This document shows positions 9,277 to 21,400 of a stretch of DNA of 64,000 nucleotides, in pieces. Within the stretch, counting starts at the first letter, position 1, and each line of letters begins with the position of its first letter. Position numbers and translations under genes: made by a program. This DNA comes from Candidatus Thorarchaeota archaeon (lineage in GTDB: Archaea; Asgardarchaeota; Thorarchaeia; Thorarchaeales; Thorarchaeaceae): contig JBHLRZ010000013.1 in assembly GCA_048882045.1 (NCBI GenBank), positions 21,365-85,364 on the forward strand, in the 5' to 3' direction. The notes beneath the pieces were generated by a model, which did not search any database, was not told the DNA's origin, and saw nothing but the letters and a program-made list of their open reading frames with translations.

Positions 9277-12200
9277 TTGAGGAAGAGGTTTTCGATGATG
9301 GCTTGGTTTGCAAAAAGGAGAAGGAAACTATCGCATAGGCGTCAAGGAAAATTAATCATACCAGTTCTAATGGTCACGATACTATGTTTCAGTCTACCTG
9401 TTCTGCTGACAAATCAGGATATGATCGTTTCTGAATCAACACCTCAGTTCCCCTTTTCCTTTAACAGCAAATCATTGCCTTCTGTAGGCAGCAGTGGCAT
9501 TGACATTTCTTCGGAATTACGGTATACACGAGAATTCCAGGGACTGGACATTTCGTTGATGAATAGCTTCGCTGATACAGCAACTCATCAGAATACATTG
9601 GATTTCTCAGCGTATCAAATTGCTGGATGGTCGCTATATGAGGTCCTGATTTCGACCTCTAGAGTTGTTGCACTGTCAGAACGCGAAGTTGTTGGGACTA
9701 GTAGTAGTCCAACCTATTCGAACTTCAACATCTCTGAAACCCCTATTGGAAACAAGTATTATGATCAACTAGCTCAGGGATTCTACAACCTAGGTCATGA
9801 CGGAAAATTGGAAAACATCTCTATATTATATGACAGCGACTACTATGATCCGTCAAACCAGAACTACGCATACTTCGACATCAGGTCGGACTATCAAGAT
9901 GGGAGCACCAACTTGGTGTCATCAGTCCAGTTGGCACACGTAGGACTCACTGCTACTTGGGCACATATAACAGAGTCTACTATTCTTGATGCAGACACGA
10001 CCTATTATGCTGTAATGAATGGTACCAAGTTAGTTGAGTATTTTGACATCTATCCCGTGATTCGTTGGTATTATCAGAATACCGCAGGATCATTTCTGAC
10101 TCGAAGGTATAGTACTGAGTTTAGTGCATGGAGTTCGGATAGACCGTATGAAGCGCTACTCAACTATACATATACACCGTGGAATACTACCAGTAATTTG
10201 GCTATGGAATACAGTAATCCAAGTAATGTATCACTCCAAGCAAATTCATCCTCTCTAAGCGGAACAGAGTGGCTCTTCAGTTCCACGACGAATGTTTCGC
10301 AAGTACAGTTTTCGTCCAATCAATCAATATCTATAGAGTACGACCTGACGCTCAGATACAAAAAAGGCATATCGTCGACAACCAGTTGGTATGTGGGTTC
10401 ATCCGGATTCGATGTCACATGGAATGTCACATCCGTTGCAGATTTTCCCGAACTGAGTGGGTCACTGGATAAAAACCTAACACTGGCCTTACCCAATGAT
10501 TGGACAGCTAACCATCTCTTCAACATCACAAGTCCAACACAATATTATGATTACTTCAGTCAAGATGGTTCCAACGTTGTTTGTAGTCTGTTAGGAGATG
10601 AAACGTGGATATTGGAGTGTACATCACCAAACTATCTCCAGTCAATCTCAAAGTTTGATAGTAGTGATGACAGTGTGATCACCGACCAAGTATCAGTTTT
10701 AGTAACGATGGACATCAATAGCACAATTGAAAGTCCTTTGTCAGTCATAGCAACAAATGGAGACGCTAGCCTAAGAGTGTTCTATCAAAGTTCAGTTGAG
10801 TATGAAGAGAACTATACCGTAGCAGCTGGTAAGTCATACCATCAGTGGGACATATCAACAGACTCCTCATCGAATGGACTACACACAGTTGAAATCTACT
10901 GGATGAATGGAACTGAGGCAGGATACCGAACAAGTGATGTCTTGGTTTACTATGAAACAACACTAGTAGCAGATGATTACAGCATCAATGCTTTCACAGA
11001 CAATACTTTCTATATTGGAATTGACTTTGATAGAGTCTTTCCGGTTGGAGGTTTAGATGGTTCTGTATCTGATCTGACGTATTCCTTTGGTGCTGTTGTA
11101 AATCAATCATTAACTGATCAAAGCAATGGCCGTTGGGATGCGACTGTTTCAACAACCAGTATGTCCCCAGGGACATATGACCTGTATGTATATGCAGAAG
11201 GCTATGCTCTTGAGAACAGGAGTCTTACTATTCAGATCTCACTCACTCATGACACAGAGGCTCTGACTTTCGCATGGTCCAATACAAATGACATCACCTA
11301 CATCGAATCCACTGAATTATCAGTCTACTACAACAGGGTGACTGGATCAACTCCAATTCCTGATGCGATAGTCAATGTCACAATTGGTGTAAAGACATGG
11401 AATCTGACATGGGATGGTTCAACTGCATACAAAATCACCTTCAACGGGACTGATGTGCCCCCCGGTTTTGGATTGCATGATTTAACCATAGAAGCCTGGA
11501 AAGCAGGTCATGTGGCAAGGTCAGACACATCACTGACTCTGAATATTCAAGCGGAACCTACAACCATGACTTATGAATGGTCTAATGGAGATGTCATTAC
11601 ATACATAGAATCTACAACTTTGATCGTGAACTACACGATGAGTGATGGTTCACCAGTTTCTGGGGCAGCTGTCAATGTTACAATTGGTTCGTTAGATCCG
11701 TTCATTCTTACATTCAATGGCTCAGTATACAAGTATGTGTTTGATGGAGATGCTGCATTACCAGGCATAGGTACCCACAGTCTGAATATCGCAGCTGGCA
11801 GATTTGGTTTTGATTACAAGGATGCGATTTCAGTCCCATTGACCGTATCCTTAGAGCCTACAACTATGACTTACGAGTGGTCCAATGGGAATGTCATTAC
11901 ATATGTAGGGTCTACGACAATCATAGTGAACTACACGATGAGTGATGGACTCCCTGTTTCTGGTGCAGCTGTCAATGTTACAATCGGATCCATGGATCCC
12001 TTTATTCTCACATTCAATGGTTCAGTATACAAGTATGTGTTTGAGGGTGATACAGCACTTCCAGGTCTTGATGTCCACAGTCTCACGATTTTCGCTGGCA
12101 AACGTGGTTATGAAAATAAAACTACAACATCTGTTCCTCTGACAATTAATGAGGAACCCACAACTCTTGTTATAACTTGGTCAGCAAGTAACAACGTTTC

Positions 12201-15200
12201 CTTCATTGGAGAAACCTATCTCATAGCAAACTACACAATGAGTAATGGTTCAGCGGTGTTAGGAGCGACGATCAATGTCACTATTGGTGCATATCCTCCA
12301 TGGGATCTTGTCTGGGATAATCCATCCCAAACCTATAGAGTTCTGTTTTCAGGAACCGATGACCCTCCAGGTCTTGGAGTACACACCCTGACCATCCTTG
12401 CAGATAAGTTTGGATATTCTGAGAAGAACAATGTATCCCAAATGATTCTCCGCGAGGAATTCACAGATTTGGTCCTTGGTTGGTCGGACGGGAATAGTAT
12501 AACCTACATAGGACAGACTATTTTGTCTGCATATTATACAATGGAGAACGGAACAGCAATTAGAAATGCTATGGTCAATGTCAGTGTTGGAGGTGCATCA
12601 GCTCTAATAATGACCTGGCATGAAGCCTCTCAGACATATCGTATCGTTTTCTCTGGATCAGATAATCCTCCAGGATTTGGCAATCACAGTATACTTGTTC
12701 TTGCAGATATATTCGGATATAGGGATCAATCAGAGGGATCATATCTAAACATCACTGTGGAACCAACAACAATAGACATCACATGGTCGAATGGAACTAC
12801 TATCACCTATGTTCAGCAAACCACACTCACAGTAACATATCGGAGGGGAGATACAACACCAATAGCTGACGCTAATGTAACAGCTTTGGTGGGAACTACT
12901 CTGTTCAATCTCACCTGGAATCCTGGTAGTTCAGCGTATGAAATTACTTTCAATGGGACAGACAATCCGCCGGATATAGGAACATATAACGTAATAATTG
13001 GAGCAAACAAGTTCGGATTCCAGAGTCAAAACAATGACACATATTGGCTCACTATTAACATTGAAACTACCTTCTTAGAACTATCTTGGTGGGTGTCCGA
13101 TACAATTTCATACGTTGGCCAAACGGTGTTGTATGCAAACTTCTCGATGAGTGATGGATCACCTGTCCTAGATGCCTATGTCAATGCATCAATAGGAACA
13201 CGAGAATGGATTTTCGAGTGGAACGAGTTTCAACAGATGTACATGTTGATACTGAGTGGAAATCATCCTGACATTGGTGTCGGCGTTTTTCCGGTAATCA
13301 TTAATGCAACTCTGTATGGATTTGCATCGCAGAGTAACACCACAGAAACATTGACAGTGAACGAAGAGATAACAAATCTGGAAATCAGTTGGTCGAATGG
13401 TTATAATTTGACATATTTTCACCACACTCTCCTTTCTGCTGATTATCACATGAGTAATGGAACACCCATCACAAGTGCAACCTTGATTGTCATAATTGGC
13501 ACGGATACATGGGATATGGTGTGGAATGAGACTGCATTATTGTATCAGGTCAGGTTCAATGGTTCTGATTCAACGCCAGGTGTTGGTGAACACAGTCTGA
13601 CAGTCCAAGCTTCAAAATACGGGTACATCTCACAGACAAATGACACACTGACACTGATCCTTCCAGTCATACCAACAACAGTTGAGATTACTTGGTCTAA
13701 TGGTCCGACAATTACCTATATCGAGCAGACAACATTGATTGTCACCTATTCCATGTATAATGGGACTAGAGTCGAAAATGCCATAGTATACCTCTCGATT
13801 GGGGCGGTGATATATCCATGTTCTTGGAATGGCGACTCATATGAACATACGTTCTTTGGAACCGATGATCCACCGGGTTTTGAGAATCACAGTACAGCGA
13901 TACATGCTATGAAGAATGACTTTGAATCACACCTAATTTTAGACCAATACCTGACAATCAGTGAAGATCCAACTACTCTTGTCATCAACTGGTCTAATAG
14001 CAACAACATAAGCTATGTGAGTGGGACAACATTATCAGTCAGATATCAAGACAGCTACTCCAATCCAATTCAAGATGCTCTTGTAAATGTCACAATCAAT
14101 GGAAGATTCTGGAATCTCAGTTGGAATCTAACCAATCAAACATACGAAATCTATATTGCAGGGGATGAAAACCCACCAGGTTTCGGAAATTACACTGTTC
14201 AAATTCTGGCATCAAAATATGGATATGTTGCACTAAATGATACATCTCAGGAATTCACAATTCATTTGGAGGAAACTCGCTTTGAATTCGTATGGGAACC
14301 AAGTGACACAATCACGTATGTTGAGCATACAACGATTAAGATCTTCTATCTGATGAGTAATAATACACCAATTGAAGGAGCTGTTGTAAATGTAACATGG
14401 GGACCATTTAGATGGGACGCTCTTTGGAATAATGACACAAAAGCCTATGAGATTACTTGGCTTGGAAATGATAATGACCTTGGCAGTCCAACCTCACATT
14501 CATTGGTAATCAGAGCATGGAAGATTAACTATGTTGGATTAACAAACTTTTCTCAGGTGTTGACAATCATTGAAGAACCAACTGCGATTTCGGCAAGTTG
14601 GACAAATGGCAACTCAATCACATTTACTGAATCAACAACACTCCTGGTTAATTATACTACAAGTAACGGAACTGTAATTCCATATGCAACCGTAGATGTA
14701 ACCATAGCAGGAACAGGGCCTTGGCTGCTAAGTTGGAATTCGACCAGCAAGCTGTATTGGATTGCTTTCAATAATGAATCTGCAGCCTGGCCTGGACTTG
14801 GTACTTTCGGTCTCTCTATCAGAGGATGGGATGTGGGTTATGAAACCACTGTCAACAACAGTCACACACTAACGATTCTCAGTGAGGAGGTTAGCATAGA
14901 GAGTAAACTACTTGGAGGAAATACGATAACCTATGTTGGTTCCACAGTTCTTCAGGTCAACTATACTACAACTAGTGGACTACCAATAGCTGGAGCCACT
15001 GTAAACGTAACTATCAATGGTTCTCTCTGGGATCTCAGGTGGCATGAAGCAAGCCAGACCTATCGAATTCAGCTCAATGGCAGTGATCCTCTGCTGGGAT
15101 TCGATACATTCAATCTAATAGTCAATGCATCAGCCTATGGATTTGACCCCTATCCTGATACGTCATTGTATCTAACAATCATTCTAGAACCCACAACTCT

Positions 15201-18200
15201 TGTCGCTACATGGGGGTCGCCGAATTTTAACAGTGTGACATATTTTGATTATACAATACTCTATGTCGAATACAGGATGGAGAATGAGTCAGTTATTCTT
15301 GGTGCTAGTGTCAACGTTACAATCGGAGCGTATCCACCATGGTCATTGAATTGGAATGCATCTGCAGGTGCATACTGTATCAGATTCAATGGAAGTGATT
15401 CACCTCCAGGGTTTGGCACACACACATTATCTCTCGAGGCCTCACTCTATGGATACTTAGATGCATTTAATTCATCAAGTCTCACTTTGGCCAGAGACCC
15501 AACAACTATAGATGTGTCATGGATAAAGGGCAACAACATTACCTATGTCGAGTATACAATCCTCTCAGTTGTTTATAGGATGAGTAATGGATCAAATATT
15601 CTTGAAGCTGCAGTCAACGCAACTATCGGAGCGTATCCACCATGGTCATTGAATTGGAATGCATCTGTTGGAGCTTATCAGGTCCGCTTTGATGGGAACC
15701 AAATTCCTCCAGGACTAGGAACATTTACTATAGATATACAAGCTTCCTCACCAGTCTTCGAAGCACAGTTTACATCAACCTCGTTGACTCTGAGAACTGA
15801 CAGCCCAACAGTAACACCATCGTGGTCATCAAATACATTCGACTGGACTGAGAGTGTAGTCCTTTCGTTTGACTTCGTGGATTCTCAAGGCAAACTCATT
15901 GAAGACGCCACTACGAAACTTGTCTTTATAGACGGTGTAGATTATGTTCTCTATGGAACCAATGGCACTTACTGGATTGAGTTTAACAGTACTTTTGATC
16001 TGGGACTCCACACCGTTTGGGCTAATTTCAGTAAGTATGGCTATGATCCAACTTCTGTAACATCAATAGAGTTCACAATCAACAAGGCTCTGACAGGTCT
16101 GACTGTAATCTGGTCATCAACGACGGTTGACTATCTGGAACATATCGATCTCACAGTCGATTATTACTACATTGGAACAGGTGTTACTGTCCCGTCTGCT
16201 GGTGCAGTCGTTAACATAACAATTGATGGAACTTTCCCACTTGATCTTGTCTTCAATGGAAGTCGATGGATAGGCACTCTCACCAGAAGCAACCTGAGCT
16301 TGGGCATTCATGATGTCGATATCAGAGCTCAAGTATACGGATATGAATACAGCGAATCCCTGGACATAGTTCTCACAGTAAACAACGTTGCAACAGACGC
16401 ATTAGTTGTGACTTGGGTTCCATCCAATGGCACAATTGAGTATACGGACCTACTAAACCTGACCGTGGATTACACATTCTATGGAGGAGATGTGCCTGAC
16501 ACAGCTTGGGTTAACGTGAGTGTTGATGGACGACTATACAATCTGACGTATTCAGCTGGATTGTGGAGGGTGAGTATTCCAGGTGAAGAGCTAGGTCTAG
16601 GACCTCGGACTGCAACGATATCTGCATGGCTTTACGGTTACCAATACAAGACTAATATCACTGCAGGAATAAACGTTACAGCTGCAGCCAATGCGTTCAT
16701 TCCGACATGGGAACCATTTGGTCTTCAAGCAAGCTACCTTGACACGATTAATCTAACGGTGTTATACCAGGAGGACTTTGTTTCTATAGATGGAGCGACA
16801 GTTAAACTATCAATCAACGGAACAATTTACACTCTTGAATACAACGACACTACTGAGTTGTGGCACTTCAGCATGAAGGCAAGTGACATCGGATTAGGTG
16901 TGTGGAATGTTACTGTCACAGCGAACAAGACTGGTTATGCTGATGGCTGGAATTCTCGTCTATTGACCATTTCATTAGCTCAGACAAATCTCACTGTGGT
17001 AAGTTCGTACACAACCATCTATTATGACGAGGTCGTGACACTCAGCATATACTATCAGCTCCTGAATACAAGTGTCGTTCCAGGAGCAAGTTGCACAGTA
17101 ATCTTGGACAGTGTTCTGCAATCAATCTCTTGGGTTACGGATCACTGGGTTGTAACACTGAGTGGAGCAGTAATGGGCCTTGGAGTCCATTCGGTGAGTA
17201 TTGATGTTGACGCCTATGGTTTCGAGTCCGATAATGACTTGTTCGATGTGACTGTGAATATCATTCCAACAAGTGTGGTTGTAGATAGTGCAATCTACAA
17301 TGTATATCCATATGATTCAGTTTCTGTGTCATTCACTTGGATTGATGATAAGAATGCTGTTGGCATTGACGGATATTCTCCGACCATAGAGTGGCCAGGT
17401 ACATACTCTGTCGTGGAATATGGAAACGGGATATATAGTATTGAACTAACTACTGATGCTCTACACGTAGGTATCTATCATCTGAATGTGACATTCACCA
17501 GGACAGGATATGTCGAAGGGACGAGTACCGCACAGATTGAGATGGTCGAACTGCCTATCGTTCTTACCTACGATAATGAGATCTTGCAATACGAAAACGA
17601 AACCATTACCATATCCATCCAGATCTATGATGGTCCTCATGCAACCATTGTTAATTGGGGAGAGATTGTCATTGACTTGGAGGGCGTTGAATACACACTG
17701 ACATATCTTTCCGGAACTCAGGAGTACTCAGTTGACATATGGTTAGGGACATTGACACCACGCACCTATTCTCTGAATTTCACCGCTTCAGCGACTGATT
17801 GTGAAACAGAAACAGGTGAAATCCAACTAGTGATAGAACCAAAATCACTGTATGACATTGTAGTTGATGCAGACGAAGAAATACAGGCTGGACAATCAAT
17901 CCTGATATCAATTCAAGTGAACGATGGTTCAGAAATAATCGAAGGATTTGAAGTAACCTTACATATCGTTGTTGACAGAGTAGTAGGTCAACCGCAAGAG
18001 TACGTCGAATCTAGAAGCAATTCATTTGAATTTACTGTCCCATTAGACGCAACTCAGCTGACCATTTGGGCAGAATTCGATGGTTCAATAGAGGAATGGC
18101 CAGCTGTTTCCAATACTATCACTAGAGAAGTGACTTCTAGTGGCATTCCATTTGGAGATCCAATGACACTGATAATGATAGTTGGAGGAGCTGGTGGAGG

Positions 18201-18255
18201 AGTCCTCGTAGTATTGTTTCTCATCAGAAGAAGATGGAAAAAATCCAGTTCTTGA
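9277..18255 (+). CDS. Giant (~2990 aa) cell-surface glycoprotein/adhesin: N-terminal head, ~24 tandem ~100-aa Ig-like repeats, C-terminal TM and a short basic tail
   Basis: Basic then hydrophobic N-terminus; repeats xPTTxxxxWSNGxxITY...A.VNVTI...W...Y...G.D.PPG.G...GY; very many N-x-S/T sequons; LIMIVGGAGGGVLVVLFLIRRRWKK anchor. Start may be ATG 9295 or 9298. Confidence 0.88.
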   Translation: MRKRFSMMAWFAKRRRKLSHRRQGKLIIPVLMVTILCFSLPVLLTNQDMIVSESTPQFPFSFNSKSLPSVGSSGIDISSELRYTREFQGLDISLMNSFADTATHQNTLDFSAYQIAGWSLYEVLISTSRVVALSEREVVGTSSSPTYSNFNISETPIGNKYYDQLAQGFYNLGHDGKLENISILYDSDYYDPSNQNYAYFDIRSDYQDGSTNLVSSVQLAHVGLTATWAHITESTILDADTTYYAVMNGTKLVEYFDIYPVIRWYYQNTAGSFLTRRYSTEFSAWSSDRPYEALLNYTYTPWNTTSNLAMEYSNPSNVSLQANSSSLSGTEWLFSSTTNVSQVQFSSNQSISIEYDLTLRYKKGISSTTSWYVGSSGFDVTWNVTSVADFPELSGSLDKNLTLALPNDWTANHLFNITSPTQYYDYFSQDGSNVVCSLLGDETWILECTSPNYLQSISKFDSSDDSVITDQVSVLVTMDINSTIESPLSVIATNGDASLRVFYQSSVEYEENYTVAAGKSYHQWDISTDSSSNGLHTVEIYWMNGTEAGYRTSDVLVYYETTLVADDYSINAFTDNTFYIGIDFDRVFPVGGLDGSVSDLTYSFGAVVNQSLTDQSNGRWDATVSTTSMSPGTYDLYVYAEGYALENRSLTIQISLTHDTEALTFAWSNTNDITYIESTELSVYYNRVTGSTPIPDAIVNVTIGVKTWNLTWDGSTAYKITFNGTDVPPGFGLHDLTIEAWKAGHVARSDTSLTLNIQAEPTTMTYEWSNGDVITYIESTTLIVNYTMSDGSPVSGAAVNVTIGSLDPFILTFNGSVYKYVFDGDAALPGIGTHSLNIAAGRFGFDYKDAISVPLTVSLEPTTMTYEWSNGNVITYVGSTTIIVNYTMSDGLPVSGAAVNVTIGSMDPFILTFNGSVYKYVFEGDTALPGLDVHSLTIFAGKRGYENKTTTSVPLTINEEPTTLVITWSASNNVSFIGETYLIANYTMSNGSAVLGATINVTIGAYPPWDLVWDNPSQTYRVLFSGTDDPPGLGVHTLTILADKFGYSEKNNVSQMILREEFTDLVLGWSDGNSITYIGQTILSAYYTMENGTAIRNAMVNVSVGGASALIMTWHEASQTYRIVFSGSDNPPGFGNHSILVLADIFGYRDQSEGSYLNITVEPTTIDITWSNGTTITYVQQTTLTVTYRRGDTTPIADANVTALVGTTLFNLTWNPGSSAYEITFNGTDNPPDIGTYNVIIGANKFGFQSQNNDTYWLTINIETTFLELSWWVSDTISYVGQTVLYANFSMSDGSPVLDAYVNASIGTREWIFEWNEFQQMYMLILSGNHPDIGVGVFPVIINATLYGFASQSNTTETLTVNEEITNLEISWSNGYNLTYFHHTLLSADYHMSNGTPITSATLIVIIGTDTWDMVWNETALLYQVRFNGSDSTPGVGEHSLTVQASKYGYISQTNDTLTLILPVIPTTVEITWSNGPTITYIEQTTLIVTYSMYNGTRVENAIVYLSIGAVIYPCSWNGDSYEHTFFGTDDPPGFENHSTAIHAMKNDFESHLILDQYLTISEDPTTLVINWSNSNNISYVSGTTLSVRYQDSYSNPIQDALVNVTINGRFWNLSWNLTNQTYEIYIAGDENPPGFGNYTVQILASKYGYVALNDTSQEFTIHLEETRFEFVWEPSDTITYVEHTTIKIFYLMSNNTPIEGAVVNVTWGPFRWDALWNNDTKAYEITWLGNDNDLGSPTSHSLVIRAWKINYVGLTNFSQVLTIIEEPTAISASWTNGNSITFTESTTLLVNYTTSNGTVIPYATVDVTIAGTGPWLLSWNSTSKLYWIAFNNESAAWPGLGTFGLSIRGWDVGYETTVNNSHTLTILSEEVSIESKLLGGNTITYVGSTVLQVNYTTTSGLPIAGATVNVTINGSLWDLRWHEASQTYRIQLNGSDPLLGFDTFNLIVNASAYGFDPYPDTSLYLTIILEPTTLVATWGSPNFNSVTYFDYTILYVEYRMENESVILGASVNVTIGAYPPWSLNWNASAGAYCIRFNGSDSPPGFGTHTLSLEASLYGYLDAFNSSSLTLARDPTTIDVSWIKGNNITYVEYTILSVVYRMSNGSNILEAAVNATIGAYPPWSLNWNASVGAYQVRFDGNQIPPGLGTFTIDIQASSPVFEAQFTSTSLTLRTDSPTVTPSWSSNTFDWTESVVLSFDFVDSQGKLIEDATTKLVFIDGVDYVLYGTNGTYWIEFNSTFDLGLHTVWANFSKYGYDPTSVTSIEFTINKALTGLTVIWSSTTVDYLEHIDLTVDYYYIGTGVTVPSAGAVVNITIDGTFPLDLVFNGSRWIGTLTRSNLSLGIHDVDIRAQVYGYEYSESLDIVLTVNNVATDALVVTWVPSNGTIEYTDLLNLTVDYTFYGGDVPDTAWVNVSVDGRLYNLTYSAGLWRVSIPGEELGLGPRTATISAWLYGYQYKTNITAGINVTAAANAFIPTWEPFGLQASYLDTINLTVLYQEDFVSIDGATVKLSINGTIYTLEYNDTTELWHFSMKASDIGLGVWNVTVTANKTGYADGWNSRLLTISLAQTNLTVVSSYTTIYYDEVVTLSIYYQLLNTSVVPGASCTVILDSVLQSISWVTDHWVVTLSGAVMGLGVHSVSIDVDAYGFESDNDLFDVTVNIIPTSVVVDSAIYNVYPYDSVSVSFTWIDDKNAVGIDGYSPTIEWPGTYSVVEYGNGIYSIELTTDALHVGIYHLNVTFTRTGYVEGTSTAQIEMVELPIVLTYDNEILQYENETITISIQIYDGPHATIVNWGEIVIDLEGVEYTLTYLSGTQEYSVDIWLGTLTPRTYSLNFTASATDCETETGEIQLVIEPKSLYDIVVDADEEIQAGQSILISIQVNDGSEIIEGFEVTLHIVVDRVVGQPQEYVESRSNSFEFTVPLDATQLTIWAEFDGSIEEWPAVSNTITREVTSSGIPFGDPMTLIMIVGGAGGGVLVVLFLIRRRWKKSSS
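11554..12153 (+). repeat. Recent intragenic tandem duplication, 300-bp period
   Basis: Units starting at 11554 and 11854 both encode EPTTMTYEWSNG.VITY..STT.IVNYTMSDG.PVSGAAVNVTIGS.DPFILTFNGSVYKYVF and share long identical DNA runs. Confidence 0.9.
15322..15667 (+). repeat. 43-nt exact direct repeat in adjacent protein repeats
   Basis: atcggagcgtatccaccatggtcattgaattggaatgcatctg at 15322-15364 and 15625-15667. Confidence 0.9.
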
Positions 18256-18496
18256 ATGCAATAATGGAAAAATGACTCATAGATCTAAACCACGAGTGTG
18301 TATTGAAGTGACACCCACAGTTTATTGATATGGCTAAATGTCAGTGTTAACATACTCAACAAGAGGTTCTTGGCACATCTTGAGATTGTTGAAAAGAAGA
18401 CTAAATGGTCCAGACTTTGGCTGAAGAAAGTACATTAAGCCAAGGAATACTGTGCTGAGATACTCCATCATAGCGAGTCACCATCGAGGTCAGAAC

Positions 18497-21400
18497 ATGA
18501 GAAGAGCAATTATCTCGATTATCTTTATACTTTCACTAATCAGTTTTACATCTCCAACGGTAACTGCTCCTCTAGGAAATCCTTCATCAGAAATATCCAA
18601 CTCACCGACAATGGATGATATGTTAATAGCAGACATCCTAAGTTCAGGAGCCATTGTTCCCATTATTCAGCATCTCAACAGATCGTTCACAAATCAGTTA
18701 ACAACACTATCAAACAGTTTTGCACTTCTAGATACTCATCAAAACACGGTTGATCTTTCATCTTATCAGATACCTGGTTGGACCTTGTCCAAAGTGATTA
18801 TTGAAAATGATAATATCACTGCAATACCTGAAAGAGAAGTAGCTGGCTCAAGCGCATCACCGAGTGCAACGTTGTCCTTTGCGATTTACGAAACAGGCAT
18901 TGATGTGTACATCAACCAGCTCGCTCAAGGATTCTATAACATGAGTCATGACGGGCAATTGCAAAACATTTCATTGTTGTACATGTCCCCATCATATGAC
19001 CCTCCAAATCATGACTACGCATACTTTGACATCAGATCCGATTATCAGGATGGGAGCACCAATATGGTTTCATCTGTTCAACTGGGATATGTTGGCATCT
19101 CTGCTACTTGGGCTAATGTGACTGAGCCGGTTGTTTTGGATGCGCACAATGTATACTATGCAGTGATAAATGGGACCAAACTATTGGATGTAAGTGGAAG
19201 TTATCCTCAGATACGATGGTTCTATGAGAATAATCCAGGGAGTTTTCTTACTAGTCGGTATTCTACTGAATTTGGTTCTTGGGGATCTAATTCCTTTGAA
19301 GCAATTCTAAATTATACATATATCCCCTGGAACAAAACATCGAACTCTGCACTCGTGTATTCGAGTCCTAGTCTTATTGACACAAGAATAGATGGAACAC
19401 CTGTGTCAGGGTCTACATGGATTGTGACATCCACGAATAACATCACATCATTCACTATTGCTACAAATCAATCTGTCAATTTATACTATAATCTTACATT
19501 GTGCTACACAGAAGATACTATTGGAAACACCCTTTGGGGAACTGATGTTTCAGGTGCGCCTATTGAGTGGAATGTTACTACTGACCTCACATTCCCAGCT
19601 GTATCCAATGTGATAGCTCGGGGTATGGATATCACTAATATTCCATTGGACTGGACTGGGACAGGCCTCTACCTTGGTGCAGCTCCAGCAGGCTCCTACT
19701 CAAAATCAGGTACGAATGTAACTTGTACCGGATTGAGTGATGGATTATGGACGTACACTTCTACAGCTCCAAACTATGTTGTAGATTTATCACTCTTTGA
19801 TACATCTGATGACTCTGCAATACCTTACAAGGTTGCAAACACAGTTATAATTGACGCCAATGCAACGATAGAAAACGGAGTTGGAACACCACAGACAGGA
19901 GGCGCCGCAAATCTATCAGTTCTGCAATCTTCAACTCTCATCTATTCACCCTTAGAGATTCCTGCAAACTTAGGAGCAGCTGATTTTCAGTGGGATATCA
20001 GGGCAACAACAAACGGGAATAGCACTCATTCTGTTGAACTATATTGGATCAGTACAAATCAACTTGAAGCTGGATACATCACCCAAGAGGTCTTTGTCTA
20101 TCATTCAACAACTTTAGTTGCGGATGAAGTAAATATAGATGCTCTCACTGAGGTTCCATCAGCATTCACTATTGGTATCAATTTCGATAAGATTAGTCCG
20201 ACGCAAGGACTGGAAACTGGTACCGCAGATGTGACCTATTCTTTCGGAAGCACTGTAAACCAAACCTTGATTGATGAAGGTGGAGGTAGATGGACCTGGG
20301 TTGTAGATACAACAGGCATGGAAAACGGAGTATACCCCCTCACAGTTTATGCTGAAGGATTTGCATTGGAGAATCAGAGTCTTGTAATCATGGTAAATCT
20401 TGCTCATCAAACTAGTGCTCTCAATTGGAGCTGGTCCAACACAAACGATATTGCCTATCTGGAAAGCACTAATCTTTCTGTCACGTATCGATACTTGCTT
20501 AATGAAACACGAATTAATGGAGCAACTGTCAACGTAACATTCCAAGGTTCAACGTATAACATGGCGTGGGATTCAATTTCTCAGACATATTGGATTGAAC
20601 TGACTGGTGCGAATTTCACAGGAGTTCCAGGAACATTCTCACTAACTGTCAGTGCGTGGAAAGTTGGATTTGCGCCGCAATTCAATGACACAAATATGAT
20701 CACAATAGGAAGCCAGACTGGTGAAGTATTCAGCGTAGAATATAGTCCATCAACTCTGAACATATCATACATCGAGAGTCTGTTTATTCAGGTTTCGTAT
20801 AACTACAGTTCTGTGCCAATTGATAGTAACACACTCGTGAGGATTACTTTCAATGGTTCAGCACAAGTTGATCTCGTATTCAACTCCACATCAGCAAAAT
20901 GGGAAACCACACTTCTTGGAGTCGATTATCTTGGTGCATGGGATATCATGGTGAGAGCAACGGCTGATGGCTATACAACCCGAAATGATACAGCCCTTTT
21001 CACAGTGTTTGAGGATACACCAATTCTAATCAGTGATTGGCTGCTCAACTCTTCAACTACAGACTATGCAACCAATGCGCCACTGATAATCATTCTCACT
21101 ATGTCAAATGGAACTCCAATCACAGATGCTACTGTGACCTTTACTGCATTTGGAACATTCTATCCTTCACCAGCAGGACCTGGAGGCCAGTACACATTCA
21201 GTATTGATCCTACTGAAACAAGAGGAGTTGAAACGTTCATAGTTACTGTTGTGAGGACGGGATTTGTTACTTCGCAGATAACACTAAACCTGACAGTAGA
21301 AGCTACAACTACTCTCAATTTCAGGAACTATGTGAGTTCAGAATATGAACAGTGGAATGTGACAGTTGAAGCAAGGTATTGGGATTCGTTCCATAGCGAA

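Noticed and set aside
18256-18496. Remnant of a lost cytoplasmic domain after the giant gene
   Set aside because: Stops follow immediately and I see no similarity to the longin region of the paralog.
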